A stretch of DNA of 64,000 nucleotides from Myxococcota bacterium. Lineage in GTDB: Bacteria; Myxococcota_A; Polyangia; Nannocystales; Nannocystaceae. The DNA lies in the NCBI GenBank assembly GCA_039028615.1, contig JBCCHT010000018.1, positions 32,001 through 96,000 on the forward strand. The letters run 5' to 3'. Below, one piece after another: positions 8,816 to 18,286 of this stretch; the first letter of the stretch is position 1, and each line of letters begins with the position of its first letter. Both the position numbers and the translations under genes were made by a program. The notes beneath the pieces are model-generated. The model made no database searches and was not told the origin of the DNA. It saw only the letters and a program-made list of their open reading frames with translations.

Positions 8816-10087
8816 TCAGTCCTCGTCGACCGAGAACACCATGCCCGCGCCGCGCAGGCGCTCGAGCAACGCGTCACCCATCGCCGACGCGGGCGTGATG
8901 ACGCCGCCCTCGCTGTCGAGCGGGTCGATGGCCAGGCAGCGCGCCGCCTCGCCCAGCATGATCGCGGTGCCGCCGTAGCCCGGGTCCTTGAAGCCCTGCA
9001 CGCGCCCGCGGAGCTCGACGCTCTTGCCGTTCACCTCGCTGCGGGCGTGCAGTCGCATCTTGAAGAACCCGTTCTCGCGCTGCTCTTCGTTGGGGCCTTC
9101 GCCCGGCGAGGGCAGCACGAAGCGCTGTAGCAGGGCCCGCGTGGGGTCGAAGCCGACCGCGGCAAAGAACCCCCCGAGACCGCCCGTGATGGCGCAGGCC
9201 TTGGCGAAGCCCTTGGGCCCGGCGCGGAAGCTCATGAACTCCTGGTAGCTGAAGTCGGTGCCGTAGGCGTGACCCATCAGGCTGTTGGAGCGACGCACGA
9301 CCCGAGTGTTGACGGCCGCCATCACGAAGGGCGCGGTCCATCCGTTGATGTCCTCGTCGAAGCGCACGCCCATGTAGTCGCCATCATCGGGGCCGCGGGG
9401 GCCTCCCTCCGGCTCGAGCGCATAGGGGTCACCGAGCAGTCGGCGGATGCTCTTGTCTTTGCGCATCTGCTCGGCCAGCTCGAGCATGCTGGCCACGGTG
9501 CCGCCCGACGCCCCGCCCTTGGACGAGGTGACCGCGAGCTTCACCTGCCGCGCGGGCACGCCGTGCCGGGCCTGCATCCCTCGCTGCATCATCAGCGCGC
9601 CGAGGTCGGAGGGGATCGAGTCGAAGCCGCAGCAGCAGACGATGCGCGTGCCCTTTTCGGCCGCGGCCTCGTGGTGCTCGTCGATCATGCGGCGAATGAA
9701 GGTGACCTCCCCGGTGAGGTCGCAGTAGTCGGTGCCCTGGCGGACGCACGCCGCGACCAGCTCGGCCCCGTACTTGGCGTAGGGGCCCACGGTGGTGCAG
9801 ACCACGGTGGCCTTGCTCGCCAGTGCGTCGAGGGCCTCGGCGTCGAAGCTGTCGGCCAGCTCGAGCGGGATGTCGGCCGCGCTGGGGTCGACGATGGCCG
9901 CCAGCTCGCGACGGATCTGCTGGAGCTTGTCGAGGTTGCGTCCGGCGAGGGCGATGCGGAGGTCGCCGTCGCTGCGGGTCCGCACGAGGTGCTCGGCGAC
10001 GAGCCGACCGGTGAAGCCGGTGGCGCCCCAGATCACGATGTCGTAAGGGCGGCTGCGATCGTGTTGGCGCACGGCGGAGTCGGTCAT
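8816..10087 (-). CDS. Saccharopine-dehydrogenase-like oxidoreductase (trans-acting enoyl reductase family)
   Basis: GATGFTG, TTVGPY, YCDLTGE, GFDSIPSD and DPGYGGT motifs. Confidence 0.88.
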   Translation of the reverse strand: MTDSAVRQHDRSRPYDIVIWGATGFTGRLVAEHLVRTRSDGDLRIALAGRNLDKLQQIRRELAAIVDPSAADIPLELADSFDAEALDALASKATVVCTTVGPYAKYGAELVAACVRQGTDYCDLTGEVTFIRRMIDEHHEAAAEKGTRIVCCCGFDSIPSDLGALMMQRGMQARHGVPARQVKLAVTSSKGGASGGTVASMLELAEQMRKDKSIRRLLGDPYALEPEGGPRGPDDGDYMGVRFDEDINGWTAPFVMAAVNTRVVRRSNSLMGHAYGTDFSYQEFMSFRAGPKGFAKACAITGGLGGFFAAVGFDPTRALLQRFVLPSPGEGPNEEQRENGFFKMRLHARSEVNGKSVELRGRVQGFKDPGYGGTAIMLGEAARCLAIDPLDSEGGVITPASAMGDALLERLRGAGMVFSVDED

Positions 10088-10172
10088 GGTGCGCGCTTCA
10101 TGACACGTTCTGCGGGCGAGTGCACGTCGAGGGTCGGTCCGGCCCAGCGAGGGCCAGGACCGAGCCGCGTGC

Positions 10173-11498
10173 TCAGCGTTTGCGACGCCGTGCGGGGCTG
10201 CGGGCGAGGGCAGCCGAGACCGCGCGTTCGCGAGCAGTGGGTGTCGGGCCGAGCTGCAGCTGCCCCTTGGCGTCGACGTACACGCTGCGATGCACCACCA
10301 ACAGCGTGGTCGGTGAGACGAGCTCGAGCGTCACCGGTTTGTCCGCCGCCAGGGCGAGATCGACCTTGGGGTCCGTCCACTTCGGATGGCCCGCCGCCAT
10401 CGCCTTGGCCAACGAGGCGACGGGATCGTCGAGCTGAAAGCACGCGGGCGTGGGCGTGGGCGTGCCCTCCGGGTGGGGGCTGTGCACGGAGATCGCAGGC
10501 GCGTCCCCGTCGGGGGATAGTGACAGCCCGCTCTGGCCGCTGGGGTTGAGCGTGACTCGGCCGAAGGTGCCGCTCCACTCCGGGGTCGCTCGACAGGCAC
10601 TGCTCGCCGTCATGGCGCTGCGAACCGCGGGCTTCTTGGCATCGACGAACACCACGCCGTTCATCTCGGGATCGACGAGCAGGTAGCGGGCGCCGAGGTC
10701 GTGCGGGCGCGTGCGCCATTGCTCGAGCGCGGCCGTGACCCGGTCGATGCGGGCCTGCACGGGCTTTTGTGCGGCAGGCTCGGTGGCGGCGAGTTCCTTG
10801 CGAAGTGCGGCCAGAGCCGACTGCAACCCGGTGTACTCCGCGTGCGATGGTGCATGCCCTCCCATCGCTTCGTGGGCCTTGCCCTCGATGATCGAGGCCT
10901 CCAGCGCCTCGATGAGCGCGTCGTCGATCGCCAGCTTCTGCACGCGAGGCTTCAGCGTCTTCGCGTCGAGCCGGCCCTCGGCGAGGTGGCTGCTCACCAA
11001 CAGCCAACGATCGGTCAGCGCCAGGTCGAGCGCGGCCGGATCTTCTGGATCGGCTTCGGCGGCATCGAGCACATCGAGCCCATAGTGGCTCGGGTCGAGT
11101 CCGTGGCGGCGGAGCTGTCGGAGGGCGCGGAGGACCTGCACCGCATTGCCGTTGAGGTGCCCCTGCCAGGTCCACGCCGGTTGGTGGTCGCGCTGGGCGT
11201 AGAAGCGGCGGACCGCGTCGGGCACGAACAGCCTCGCCGTGTTCGCGGGCTCGGCCAGGTGAGCTTCGATCGCCGCCTTGGCTTTGGGGTCGTCGGTCAC
11301 CTGCGGTACCCCGCCGACGTCGAACTTGACCACCGTCCGCGCCGGTCGAACCCGCGGCTTCTTCTCCGGCTCGGGTTTCTGCAGCACGATCGGCTCGGGC
11401 TTGGGCGCCGGCATCGGGTCGGGCGTGCAGGCCCCGAGCATGGCCGCGACGCCGAGTCCGACCGTGATCGCGCGAGAGCTTCGGTGCGGGTCGCTCAC
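10173..11498 (-). CDS. Lipoprotein with L,D-transpeptidase (YcbB-like) scaffold and a divergent catalytic domain
   Basis: GTG 11498; lipobox LGAC; FYAQRDHQPAW, HGLDPSHY, LEQWR, YLLVD; ISVH...ACFQL. Confidence 0.65.
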   Translation of the reverse strand: MSDPHRSSRAITVGLGVAAMLGACTPDPMPAPKPEPIVLQKPEPEKKPRVRPARTVVKFDVGGVPQVTDDPKAKAAIEAHLAEPANTARLFVPDAVRRFYAQRDHQPAWTWQGHLNGNAVQVLRALRQLRRHGLDPSHYGLDVLDAAEADPEDPAALDLALTDRWLLVSSHLAEGRLDAKTLKPRVQKLAIDDALIEALEASIIEGKAHEAMGGHAPSHAEYTGLQSALAALRKELAATEPAAQKPVQARIDRVTAALEQWRTRPHDLGARYLLVDPEMNGVVFVDAKKPAVRSAMTASSACRATPEWSGTFGRVTLNPSGQSGLSLSPDGDAPAISVHSPHPEGTPTPTPACFQLDDPVASLAKAMAAGHPKWTDPKVDLALAADKPVTLELVSPTTLLVVHRSVYVDAKGQLQLGPTPTARERAVSAALARSPARRRKR

Positions 11499-11533
11499 GC
11501 CGGGGACCTTAGCGCACTCGCCCGCGCGGGAGC

Positions 11534-12946
11534 TCAGGTCCCCGTCGCGTGCGGCTGTTGACCGTCGATGAGCACCTGCGCCCGGCGGATCGTCGCCTCG
11601 GTGGGATCGGGCCCGAATAGCAGCTGCGCCACCAGGTTGGGGTCGGGCGTGGTGCCGTCGAGGTCGCGTAGGCGATCGCTCAGCTCGCTGACCACGAACG
11701 CATGGGCTCGCTCGCGGAGGTGCTCGGCGGAGGTGATCCCCGGCGCCAGCTTGGCGCTGTGGTTGCTCCAATTGAAGTCGGGCAGGCCATCGCGCGGGCC
11801 CGGGTCGGCGCAGATGAAGCACCCCGCCTTGAAGATCAGGAACAGCGCGTCGTTGGTCGTCTTGCCCGCGTGATCGAGCCGCTCTCCGTTGAGGTGGTCG
11901 ATGGCGGAGCTGCGCAGCTCGTGGTGGAGCACGATCGACGGCGTGCCCTCGGCGGTGGTGGACAGCTGGAACACGTGATCGGTGATGACCGTCCAAATGT
12001 CGAAGCCGTGGATGTGCAGCCGCAGCTTGCCCGGCGACAGCAGCAGGCGGCGATACAGGATCAGGGTGGGCGGCCGTGGCTCGCTGACGGTGAGGGGCAC
12101 GGCCGGCGCGGGCGTGGGCGCCGAGGCGATCGCTGCCGCCGTCTGATCGGGGGGCACCGCGACCTCCCAGTCGAGCGCCGCCTGATTGACGATGACCCCC
12201 AGCGCCTCGGCCCGGTCGCGGAGGAAGCTGCTGAGGGTGTCGCTGCCGAAGCGCGTGGGATCGAAGGGCTGACCCAACGCGCGGTCGAGCAGAGGCTTGA
12301 CCCGGGCGAAGTCCAGGCGACCCCGCTGGGCGAGGATGCCCCGCAGCACGCGGCCGACGTCGTCGAGGCTCCGCGCGGGTGCCGGGGGTCGCTCGTCGGC
12401 GGCCACCAGCGCTTCGAACTCGTGGAACTCGTCGCAGTAGGCGGTGAGCGTGCGCGCGATGCTGCCGTGGGCCCCGAGCCCGACGACGTAGGCGTTGCGC
12501 TGCCGCAGCTCGAGGACGAGCGGGATGAAGTCCTTGTCGCCCGTGACCAGGATGAAGAAGTCGACGTTCGACACCAGGCTGATGGCGTCCATCGCCAGCC
12601 GCATGTCGGCCGCGTTCTTCGACACGCCTCGGCCCCCGCCGGGGAAGCGGAACACCTGCACCGGCTCCATGCCCTGGTCCATCAGCAGGGTGGGCACGCT
12701 CCGCAGGAAGTAGTCGCGACGCGGGCGGCCGACCTCGATGTCGTCGTTGAGTCGCGATGCGCTGAAATCGGCGTAGGCTCGGCGCACGATCAGGCGACGT
12801 TTCTCGCCGACCAGCTCCCGTGCGAAGCCGGACAGGCGCTCCAGGTCGCGGTTGAACTCGTAGTGGTCGTCGGCGCCGGCCTCCGTGACCTCGCGGGCGA
12901 GGTAGAAGTTCTCGAGGTCGATGAGCAGCGCCGCGTTCCTCGACAT
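11534..12946 (-). CDS. NYN-domain (LabA/DUF88, PIN-like) protein with OST-HTH/LOTUS-like domain and C-terminal extension
   Basis: LLIDLEN, RRAYAD, KNAADMRLAMD, VTGDKDFIPLV, CDEF; FDPTRFG..LSSFL. Confidence 0.85.
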   Translation of the reverse strand: MSRNAALLIDLENFYLAREVTEAGADDHYEFNRDLERLSGFARELVGEKRRLIVRRAYADFSASRLNDDIEVGRPRRDYFLRSVPTLLMDQGMEPVQVFRFPGGGRGVSKNAADMRLAMDAISLVSNVDFFILVTGDKDFIPLVLELRQRNAYVVGLGAHGSIARTLTAYCDEFHEFEALVAADERPPAPARSLDDVGRVLRGILAQRGRLDFARVKPLLDRALGQPFDPTRFGSDTLSSFLRDRAEALGVIVNQAALDWEVAVPPDQTAAAIASAPTPAPAVPLTVSEPRPPTLILYRRLLLSPGKLRLHIHGFDIWTVITDHVFQLSTTAEGTPSIVLHHELRSSAIDHLNGERLDHAGKTTNDALFLIFKAGCFICADPGPRDGLPDFNWSNHSAKLAPGITSAEHLRERAHAFVVSELSDRLRDLDGTTPDPNLVAQLLFGPDPTEATIRRAQVLIDGQQPHATGT

Positions 12947-13044
12947 GGTCGACTCAGAGTACCGAAATTCCCGAGTCGATGAACGAGGGCTTCGCTCGAC
13001 AAGGCCGTTTTCCCGCCCGGAATCCGCCATGCTCAGTCGATCCT

Positions 13045-13986
13045 CTAGCCGGTGGGACCGATGGCGGTCGCCGGTGACAGCTCGCCCCAGGTCCGGTGCA
13101 GCATGGCGGGTGGCGCAATGGCTTCCGATGCGAACGCATCGAGAACCCGCAGGTGAACGTCGGTCTCGAACAGTTTTTCGTAGCGGGTATCCAGCACGTA
13201 CGCCTTGACGCGGAGGCGGACCGCCACGTGTTTGTCGAGAATTACCTGGTTGACGAGCACTACGACGGGTTTTTCGAGGAATACGTAGCGACTGGAAACC
13301 GCTGCTTCGGTGACCAGCTCGCGCGCGAGGCGAACGTTTTGGTCCGGTCCGATGTGGAAATCCATGACCACCTGCATGTCCAGGGCGCCGTAGTTGCCGT
13401 TGGAGGTGATCTCGCTGAGGAACTTGTTGTTGGGGATCGTGACCGTGTTGTCGTCGAGGGTCTGGAGCCGCACCGAGCGTAGGCCGATGGCGGTGATGTC
13501 CCCGTATTGCCCACCAAACGAGACTCTATCCCCCACCTGAAAGGGCCGATCGATCATGATCATGATGCCCGCGATGAACGACGCCACGACGTCTTTGATC
13601 GCGAAACCGACGGACACGGCCACCGTGCCGCCGATCAGCGTCAGCACGTTGTCGTTGAGCCGGAAGCTCAGGGCGATGACCGTGACACCCGTCCCGATGT
13701 AGACCAGGAACTGGGCGATGGTCGCGACCTTCTGCAGTAGCAGGCGGCGACTGGGAAAACGCTGGCTGAGTCGCGCCACGCTGTCATGCAAAAAGCGCAT
13801 GGCGAGCGCGACCCCGATGACCACGAAGATCGAGGTCACCACCCCGCTCCATCGCATCAGCCGGGCGATCTGCCCCAGGCTTTCGAAGCTGGTCTCCTCG
13901 CTGGCCCATGCGGGCGCCGACCGCAGCAACGCGGCGAGGGCCGAGCCGAGGGAGAGTACGAGGCGGGGTCGTCGCGACGAAGTCAT
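13045..13986 (-). CDS. mscS: MscS-family mechanosensitive channel
   Basis: VGFAIKD, RPFQVGDRV, IGLRSVRLQTLD, TIPN motifs; start overlaps the upstream stop (ATGA). Confidence 0.85.
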   Translation of the reverse strand: MTSSRRPRLVLSLGSALAALLRSAPAWASEETSFESLGQIARLMRWSGVVTSIFVVIGVALAMRFLHDSVARLSQRFPSRRLLLQKVATIAQFLVYIGTGVTVIALSFRLNDNVLTLIGGTVAVSVGFAIKDVVASFIAGIMIMIDRPFQVGDRVSFGGQYGDITAIGLRSVRLQTLDDNTVTIPNNKFLSEITSNGNYGALDMQVVMDFHIGPDQNVRLARELVTEAAVSSRYVFLEKPVVVLVNQVILDKHVAVRLRVKAYVLDTRYEKLFETDVHLRVLDAFASEAIAPPAMLHRTWGELSPATAIGPTG

Positions 13987-16900
13987 GGCGTGGAGAGCAG
14001 GTGCTGGCGCTGCAGCACGGTGGTGATGGTGCGGTACCAGTGCCACGAGAGGCGGAGCCCGGCGTCGAAGGGCTCGATGTAGCCGCGGGCCTGACAAAAA
14101 CGCAGAGCGTCGGAGACGTCGGTGGGCGGGAGCTGAGTGGCGGCGACGACCTCGTGCTCGCGCGCCAGATCGAGGCGGACGATGGCCCGCAGCACGAACA
14201 ACAGCGGCAGCGACAGCGACTCGATCTCGGTGGCGGGCGGCTCCTTGAACAGTCGCACGACGGTGCGCGCGTCGGGCTCGACGAACAGCGACTCGCGGAA
14301 CGCATGCAGAGCCACCGCCGGGTTGCCCCGCGAGTGGTCCCAAAGCAACCGGTAGTAGCTGCTCTCGGTGCGCCCTGCGTCCGGCGTGCCGAGCTGCTCG
14401 ACCTGGCTGGGGACCACGAGGCCTTCGAAGCTCGGATCGATCTTCGCCACCTCGCAGCGCTTGCGGATGAGCCCCCCGAGCTGTCGCTCCGTCCACCGCG
14501 GCAGGTCGATGACCTGCTCGAAGAACACTCGATCGCCGCGGGCTCGCTCCAGGTAGTGCCACGCGGGCGAGCCGATGGCGAAGACCCACGAGACCTTGCC
14601 GCCCACCTGGCGCGTCAGCGCGATGAGATCGTCGAGCTCACGCAGGCCGCGGATCGCAGGTTGGATCAGTCGATGGGCGTCGTCGATCGCCACGATCCGC
14701 AACGAGCTTCGTCGCAGCGCTTCGGCCAGCTGCGGGCCCCGTAAGGTGCTGTCGCCCGCGAGGGCGGCGATGCGGGGGATGAGGCCCTCGAGGCCGATCT
14801 CGGGGCAGGTCACCACCTTGATGTCGTCGGAGCCCACGCGCTGTCGAAGGCGTCGCAGGAAGGTGGTCTTGCCCATGCCGCGCTCGGCCACGATGGCGCT
14901 GAGGGTGGACCGCGGCGTCTCGGCCAGCGTAGCGACCAGCTCGAGCTCCGACTGTGTCGCCTCGACGACCTCGGGGGCGTCGACCTCGTCGGGATCGAAG
15001 CACTCGTAGCAATGGGCATCCACTGGCTCGACCGACTCCGCCTTCGAGGCCGCGGCGGCGCGCTTGGTGACCTCGCGGCGAAACAGGTAGGCCAGCACGC
15101 GGCGGGTGGTCTCGAGGTCCGACGCGTAGCGCAGGATCCACTTGCCCAGGCCGCGTACCATCAGGATTACCGCGCCCACCGTGGCGGCGAAGAAGCCGAT
15201 GCGAGCGTCGGTGCGCGGGCGAAGCCAGCGGGCGAACACGTTGTCCTCGGGCAGCATGCCCAGGCGCTCTTGGATCGTCGGTCGCCAGCGGATCACCAGA
15301 TAGATCGCCACCGGGCCGCTGAGCACCCAGCAGGTCGAGAGCATCCACGAGTAGATTGCCCCTTGGCCGACCATGGCCGAGGTCAGCCCGAGCAGCAGGC
15401 CGACCACGATCACGCTCATGCCCACCAGGCGCAGCGAGTGGATCCGCAGCGCCGACGTGTCCACCCCTTCGCGGGAGAACAGCGCTTGCCGGGCCGCCAG
15501 CGCGTCGAGCAGCAGGATCACCGCCAGACCCAGCAGCACCCAGCGCACCACGATCCACAGCAGCGTCAGCTCGGGCAGATCGTCGAGGTTGCCCGCGAGG
15601 CCCAGCAGCAGCCATAGCGCCAGCAAAAGCTCCAGCGGACGACGAACCCGATCGAAGTACCAAAGGCCCGACGACAGCGTATTGGTCCAGCGCGGTCGAC
15701 CCGGGCGACGGATGAGCCACCGACGGGCGCGCAGCACCAGGGTGTTCGCGTTCTTGCGCCACGCCCAGACCAGCAGCACCACCAGCAACACCTGCACCGC
15801 GCCCACGAACACGCGAATCGGCGAGCTTCGCAGGCGATCGACCAGCAGGTCCTTGTAGTGCGGCAGCTTGAGCAGGTGGAAGCCCAGCTCCACCGAGATC
15901 TGATCGAGCTCGCGTCGGACCTGATCGATGCCCTCGGGGCCGAACCCCGTGACCTCGCCGCGCAGATCCGTACTGGCCAGCTCCAGCAGCGCCAGGCGGG
16001 TGCGGTTGAGCAGCACCACATCGTCGCGCAGGGCTTGAGCGAGCTCCCACGCGACCTCTTGCTCGAGCTGGGTCAGGGCGTCTTCGTTGTCGCGCAGCTG
16101 CAGGCGCAGCGAGGACAGGTCGCCCCGGTCGACATCCGCGGGCAGGTCTCGGTCGAGCCCTTCACCCACGAGCGGCACGCCCGCTCCCGCGTCGCTCACC
16201 CGCCGCAGCTCGTCGCGGAGTCGGGTGCGAGCCAACGACAGGTCGTCGCGGATCGTCCGGTACAGCAGATCCGCTTCTTGCTCGAGGCGCGCGCCAAACA
16301 GCGTGCCCTGCTCGAGGTCGTCCACGCGACGGCTCCACTCCAGCGCGCGGTCGTGGTTTTCGATGCGCTCGGACTTGCGACGGTTGATGTCCGCCTCGTA
16401 CCGGGCCTGCGCTTCCTTGATCGAGAACAGCCGCGCTCGCTCTTCGGCCAGCGTTCGGTTCGCGTTCGTGCTGGCTCGACGCGCCGCTTCCAGCGCTTGC
16501 TCGCGGTCGACGGCGGCCTGGTCGGCCTCGGCCTCCGCTTCGGAGATCTGCTGGATCGCGTCCTCGCCCAGCGCTTCGGCCTCTTCTTCGGCTGCCTTGG
16601 CTGCTTCGACCTCCGCGGCTTCGGCTGCGGCCTGAGCCTCGGCTTCGGCCTTGAGCGCTTGCTCGCGTCGCGTCTCGTGCGTGGTGAACAGGACGGCGCG
16701 CTCGGAGTCCGAAAGCGCGAGGAACTCGCGGCGAAGACCATCGAGGCGTGCCTCGGCGCGGGCCAGGGATTCGGTGAGAGCGTCGGGCTCGTCGGCGGTC
16801 GGCGTCTCGGGCTTCGCGTCCGAGTCTGGTTGTTCTTCGGGCTCCGACCTCGCCGGGGCATCGGTCGGCGATGCTTCGGTGGGGCTCGGCCGTGCATCGG

Positions 16901-17621
16901 GCGACGCCGCGGACCCGGCTGGCCACGTGTCGCGCCGACTCTCCGACAGCGCGGCTTCGTGCCGATCGTTGAGGTCGAGCCGCAGCAACGACTCGGGATC
17001 GATCGAAAGCTCGAGCGTCCCGGCCATGAACGCTTCGAGGCGTTCGGCATGGACGGTGATGCGCTCCAGTCGTCGCTGACTCCGAGCCGAAGCCTCTCGC
17101 TCGTCCACCACCGCCGATTGCCGTCGCGCGTGGGTGGCCCACGCCGCTTCGCGTTCGCTCGGGCTCAACCGCAGGTAGGCCCGCAACGCCCGGTCGAGCT
17201 CGGCCGCGGGATCGAGCGCACCCGTCGGCTCCATCGCGGGCTCGGGCACGGGCTGGGCCCGCCGACTCCGTCGCGTGGGTGCGGGCACGGGGGCCGCGGG
17301 CTCGCCGATGGCTCGCAGCAACGCCAACAGCCGCGACCCCTGCGGCCCGACCACCGCGGCATCCCGCAGGTCGATCACGAACAGATCCGCCGGATCGACG
17401 GCCAACTCGAGCGTGCCCGCGATGAACGCCTCGATCCTGCGCGCCCGAACCCTCCGCGGATCCACCGTCGTCGCCGGAGCCTTCGAGGCCCCCTCGGGAC
17501 CCGCTCGAGCCGCCGGGTCCGCCTGCCCCTCACCTGGCGGCTGGGCGCCAGCAAACCCCGCAAACGAGGCCAGAAGCGCCACCAGGGCGAAGATCGGGGT
17601 CAGACGCGACATGAGACGCAC
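13983..17621 (-). CDS. Large membrane protein: signal peptide, coiled coil, multi-TM block, P-loop NTPase and winged-helix tail
   Basis: Walker A AERGMGKTT, Walker B IVAIDDAH, SRGNP; about 7 TM segments; the start may be ATG 17612. Confidence 0.8.
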   Translation of the reverse strand: MRLMSRLTPIFALVALLASFAGFAGAQPPGEGQADPAARAGPEGASKAPATTVDPRRVRARRIEAFIAGTLELAVDPADLFVIDLRDAAVVGPQGSRLLALLRAIGEPAAPVPAPTRRSRRAQPVPEPAMEPTGALDPAAELDRALRAYLRLSPSEREAAWATHARRQSAVVDEREASARSQRRLERITVHAERLEAFMAGTLELSIDPESLLRLDLNDRHEAALSESRRDTWPAGSAASPDARPSPTEASPTDAPARSEPEEQPDSDAKPETPTADEPDALTESLARAEARLDGLRREFLALSDSERAVLFTTHETRREQALKAEAEAQAAAEAAEVEAAKAAEEEAEALGEDAIQQISEAEAEADQAAVDREQALEAARRASTNANRTLAEERARLFSIKEAQARYEADINRRKSERIENHDRALEWSRRVDDLEQGTLFGARLEQEADLLYRTIRDDLSLARTRLRDELRRVSDAGAGVPLVGEGLDRDLPADVDRGDLSSLRLQLRDNEDALTQLEQEVAWELAQALRDDVVLLNRTRLALLELASTDLRGEVTGFGPEGIDQVRRELDQISVELGFHLLKLPHYKDLLVDRLRSSPIRVFVGAVQVLLVVLLVWAWRKNANTLVLRARRWLIRRPGRPRWTNTLSSGLWYFDRVRRPLELLLALWLLLGLAGNLDDLPELTLLWIVVRWVLLGLAVILLLDALAARQALFSREGVDTSALRIHSLRLVGMSVIVVGLLLGLTSAMVGQGAIYSWMLSTCWVLSGPVAIYLVIRWRPTIQERLGMLPEDNVFARWLRPRTDARIGFFAATVGAVILMVRGLGKWILRYASDLETTRRVLAYLFRREVTKRAAAASKAESVEPVDAHCYECFDPDEVDAPEVVEATQSELELVATLAETPRSTLSAIVAERGMGKTTFLRRLRQRVGSDDIKVVTCPEIGLEGLIPRIAALAGDSTLRGPQLAEALRRSSLRIVAIDDAHRLIQPAIRGLRELDDLIALTRQVGGKVSWVFAIGSPAWHYLERARGDRVFFEQVIDLPRWTERQLGGLIRKRCEVAKIDPSFEGLVVPSQVEQLGTPDAGRTESSYYRLLWDHSRGNPAVALHAFRESLFVEPDARTVVRLFKEPPATEIESLSLPLLFVLRAIVRLDLAREHEVVAATQLPPTDVSDALRFCQARGYIEPFDAGLRLSWHWYRTITTVLQRQHLLSTP

Positions 17622-17714
17622 GGCCCCACGGCACCGAAACGAGTACGGACCCGTGGGGGTAGGACTTTATCCCACCTCCCTCCGCAATCGAAAAAACCGC
17701 CCCGCGCCCGGGCG

Positions 17715-18017
17715 TCAGCCGAGGCTGGGCTCACCGGACCGGCTCGCATGCCACAGGGCCACGACATCGACGGCGCTGCCGTCGTCGGTCACCCGGAAGT
17801 ACAGGTAGTAGCGAACCCGGCGCAGATGGACGCGCCGGATGCCTGCCCGTTGCTCCACGCGCGCGCCGACCAGGAGCGGTCGTTCTTCGAGACGCGCGAC
17901 GAGTTCGCCGAGGTCATCGTCGAACGCGAGCGGGGCTTTGTCTCGATGTTTCAGCCACCATGAGCGCGCGCGCTCGATTTCCCTCGCCGCGGAGGGGGTG
18001 AAGCGGACGGTGGCGAT
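17715..18017 (-). CDS. ParE/RelE-family type II toxin (apparent ATC start; not in ORF track)
   Basis: 100 aa, IATVRFTPSAAREIERARSWW...IRRVHLRRVRYYLYFRV...VDVVALWHASR; GGAGG lies 7 nt before the ATC. Confidence 0.75.
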   Translation of the reverse strand: MATVRFTPSAAREIERARSWWLKHRDKAPLAFDDDLGELVARLEERPLLVGARVEQRAGIRRVHLRRVRYYLYFRVTDDGSAVDVVALWHASRSGEPSLG

Positions 18018-18020
18018 GGC

Positions 18021-18245
18021 TCAACCTCCGCTGCGGAGCTGCTGGAGGAACGCGCGGGCGTCGAGCAACTCGCCGCGATCGGCCTCGGCCACGCCGCGAT
18101 CGATGACCTCGAGTTCTTCGCGGCTGACCGTGACGGAGTCGCTCGGACTGTCGATCCACACCGTGACCGCGGCGCCTTCGGTCAAGTCCTCGGTGTCCTC
18201 GAGAACGATGGCGCCGTTGACGACCTTGCCTACTCGCGGCTCCAT
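18021..18245 (-). CDS. Putative antitoxin
   Basis: 74-aa acidic protein directly upstream of the toxin; GKVVNGAIVL..L.EGAAVTV beta domain; IDRGVAEADRGELLDA tail typical of ParE partners. Confidence 0.7.
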   Translation of the reverse strand: MEPRVGKVVNGAIVLEDTEDLTEGAAVTVWIDSPSDSVTVSREELEVIDRGVAEADRGELLDARAFLQQLRSGG

Positions 18246-18286
18246 GGATCGACTTTAGCCCGCATCGATGGCGTGGACCAGCCGCG

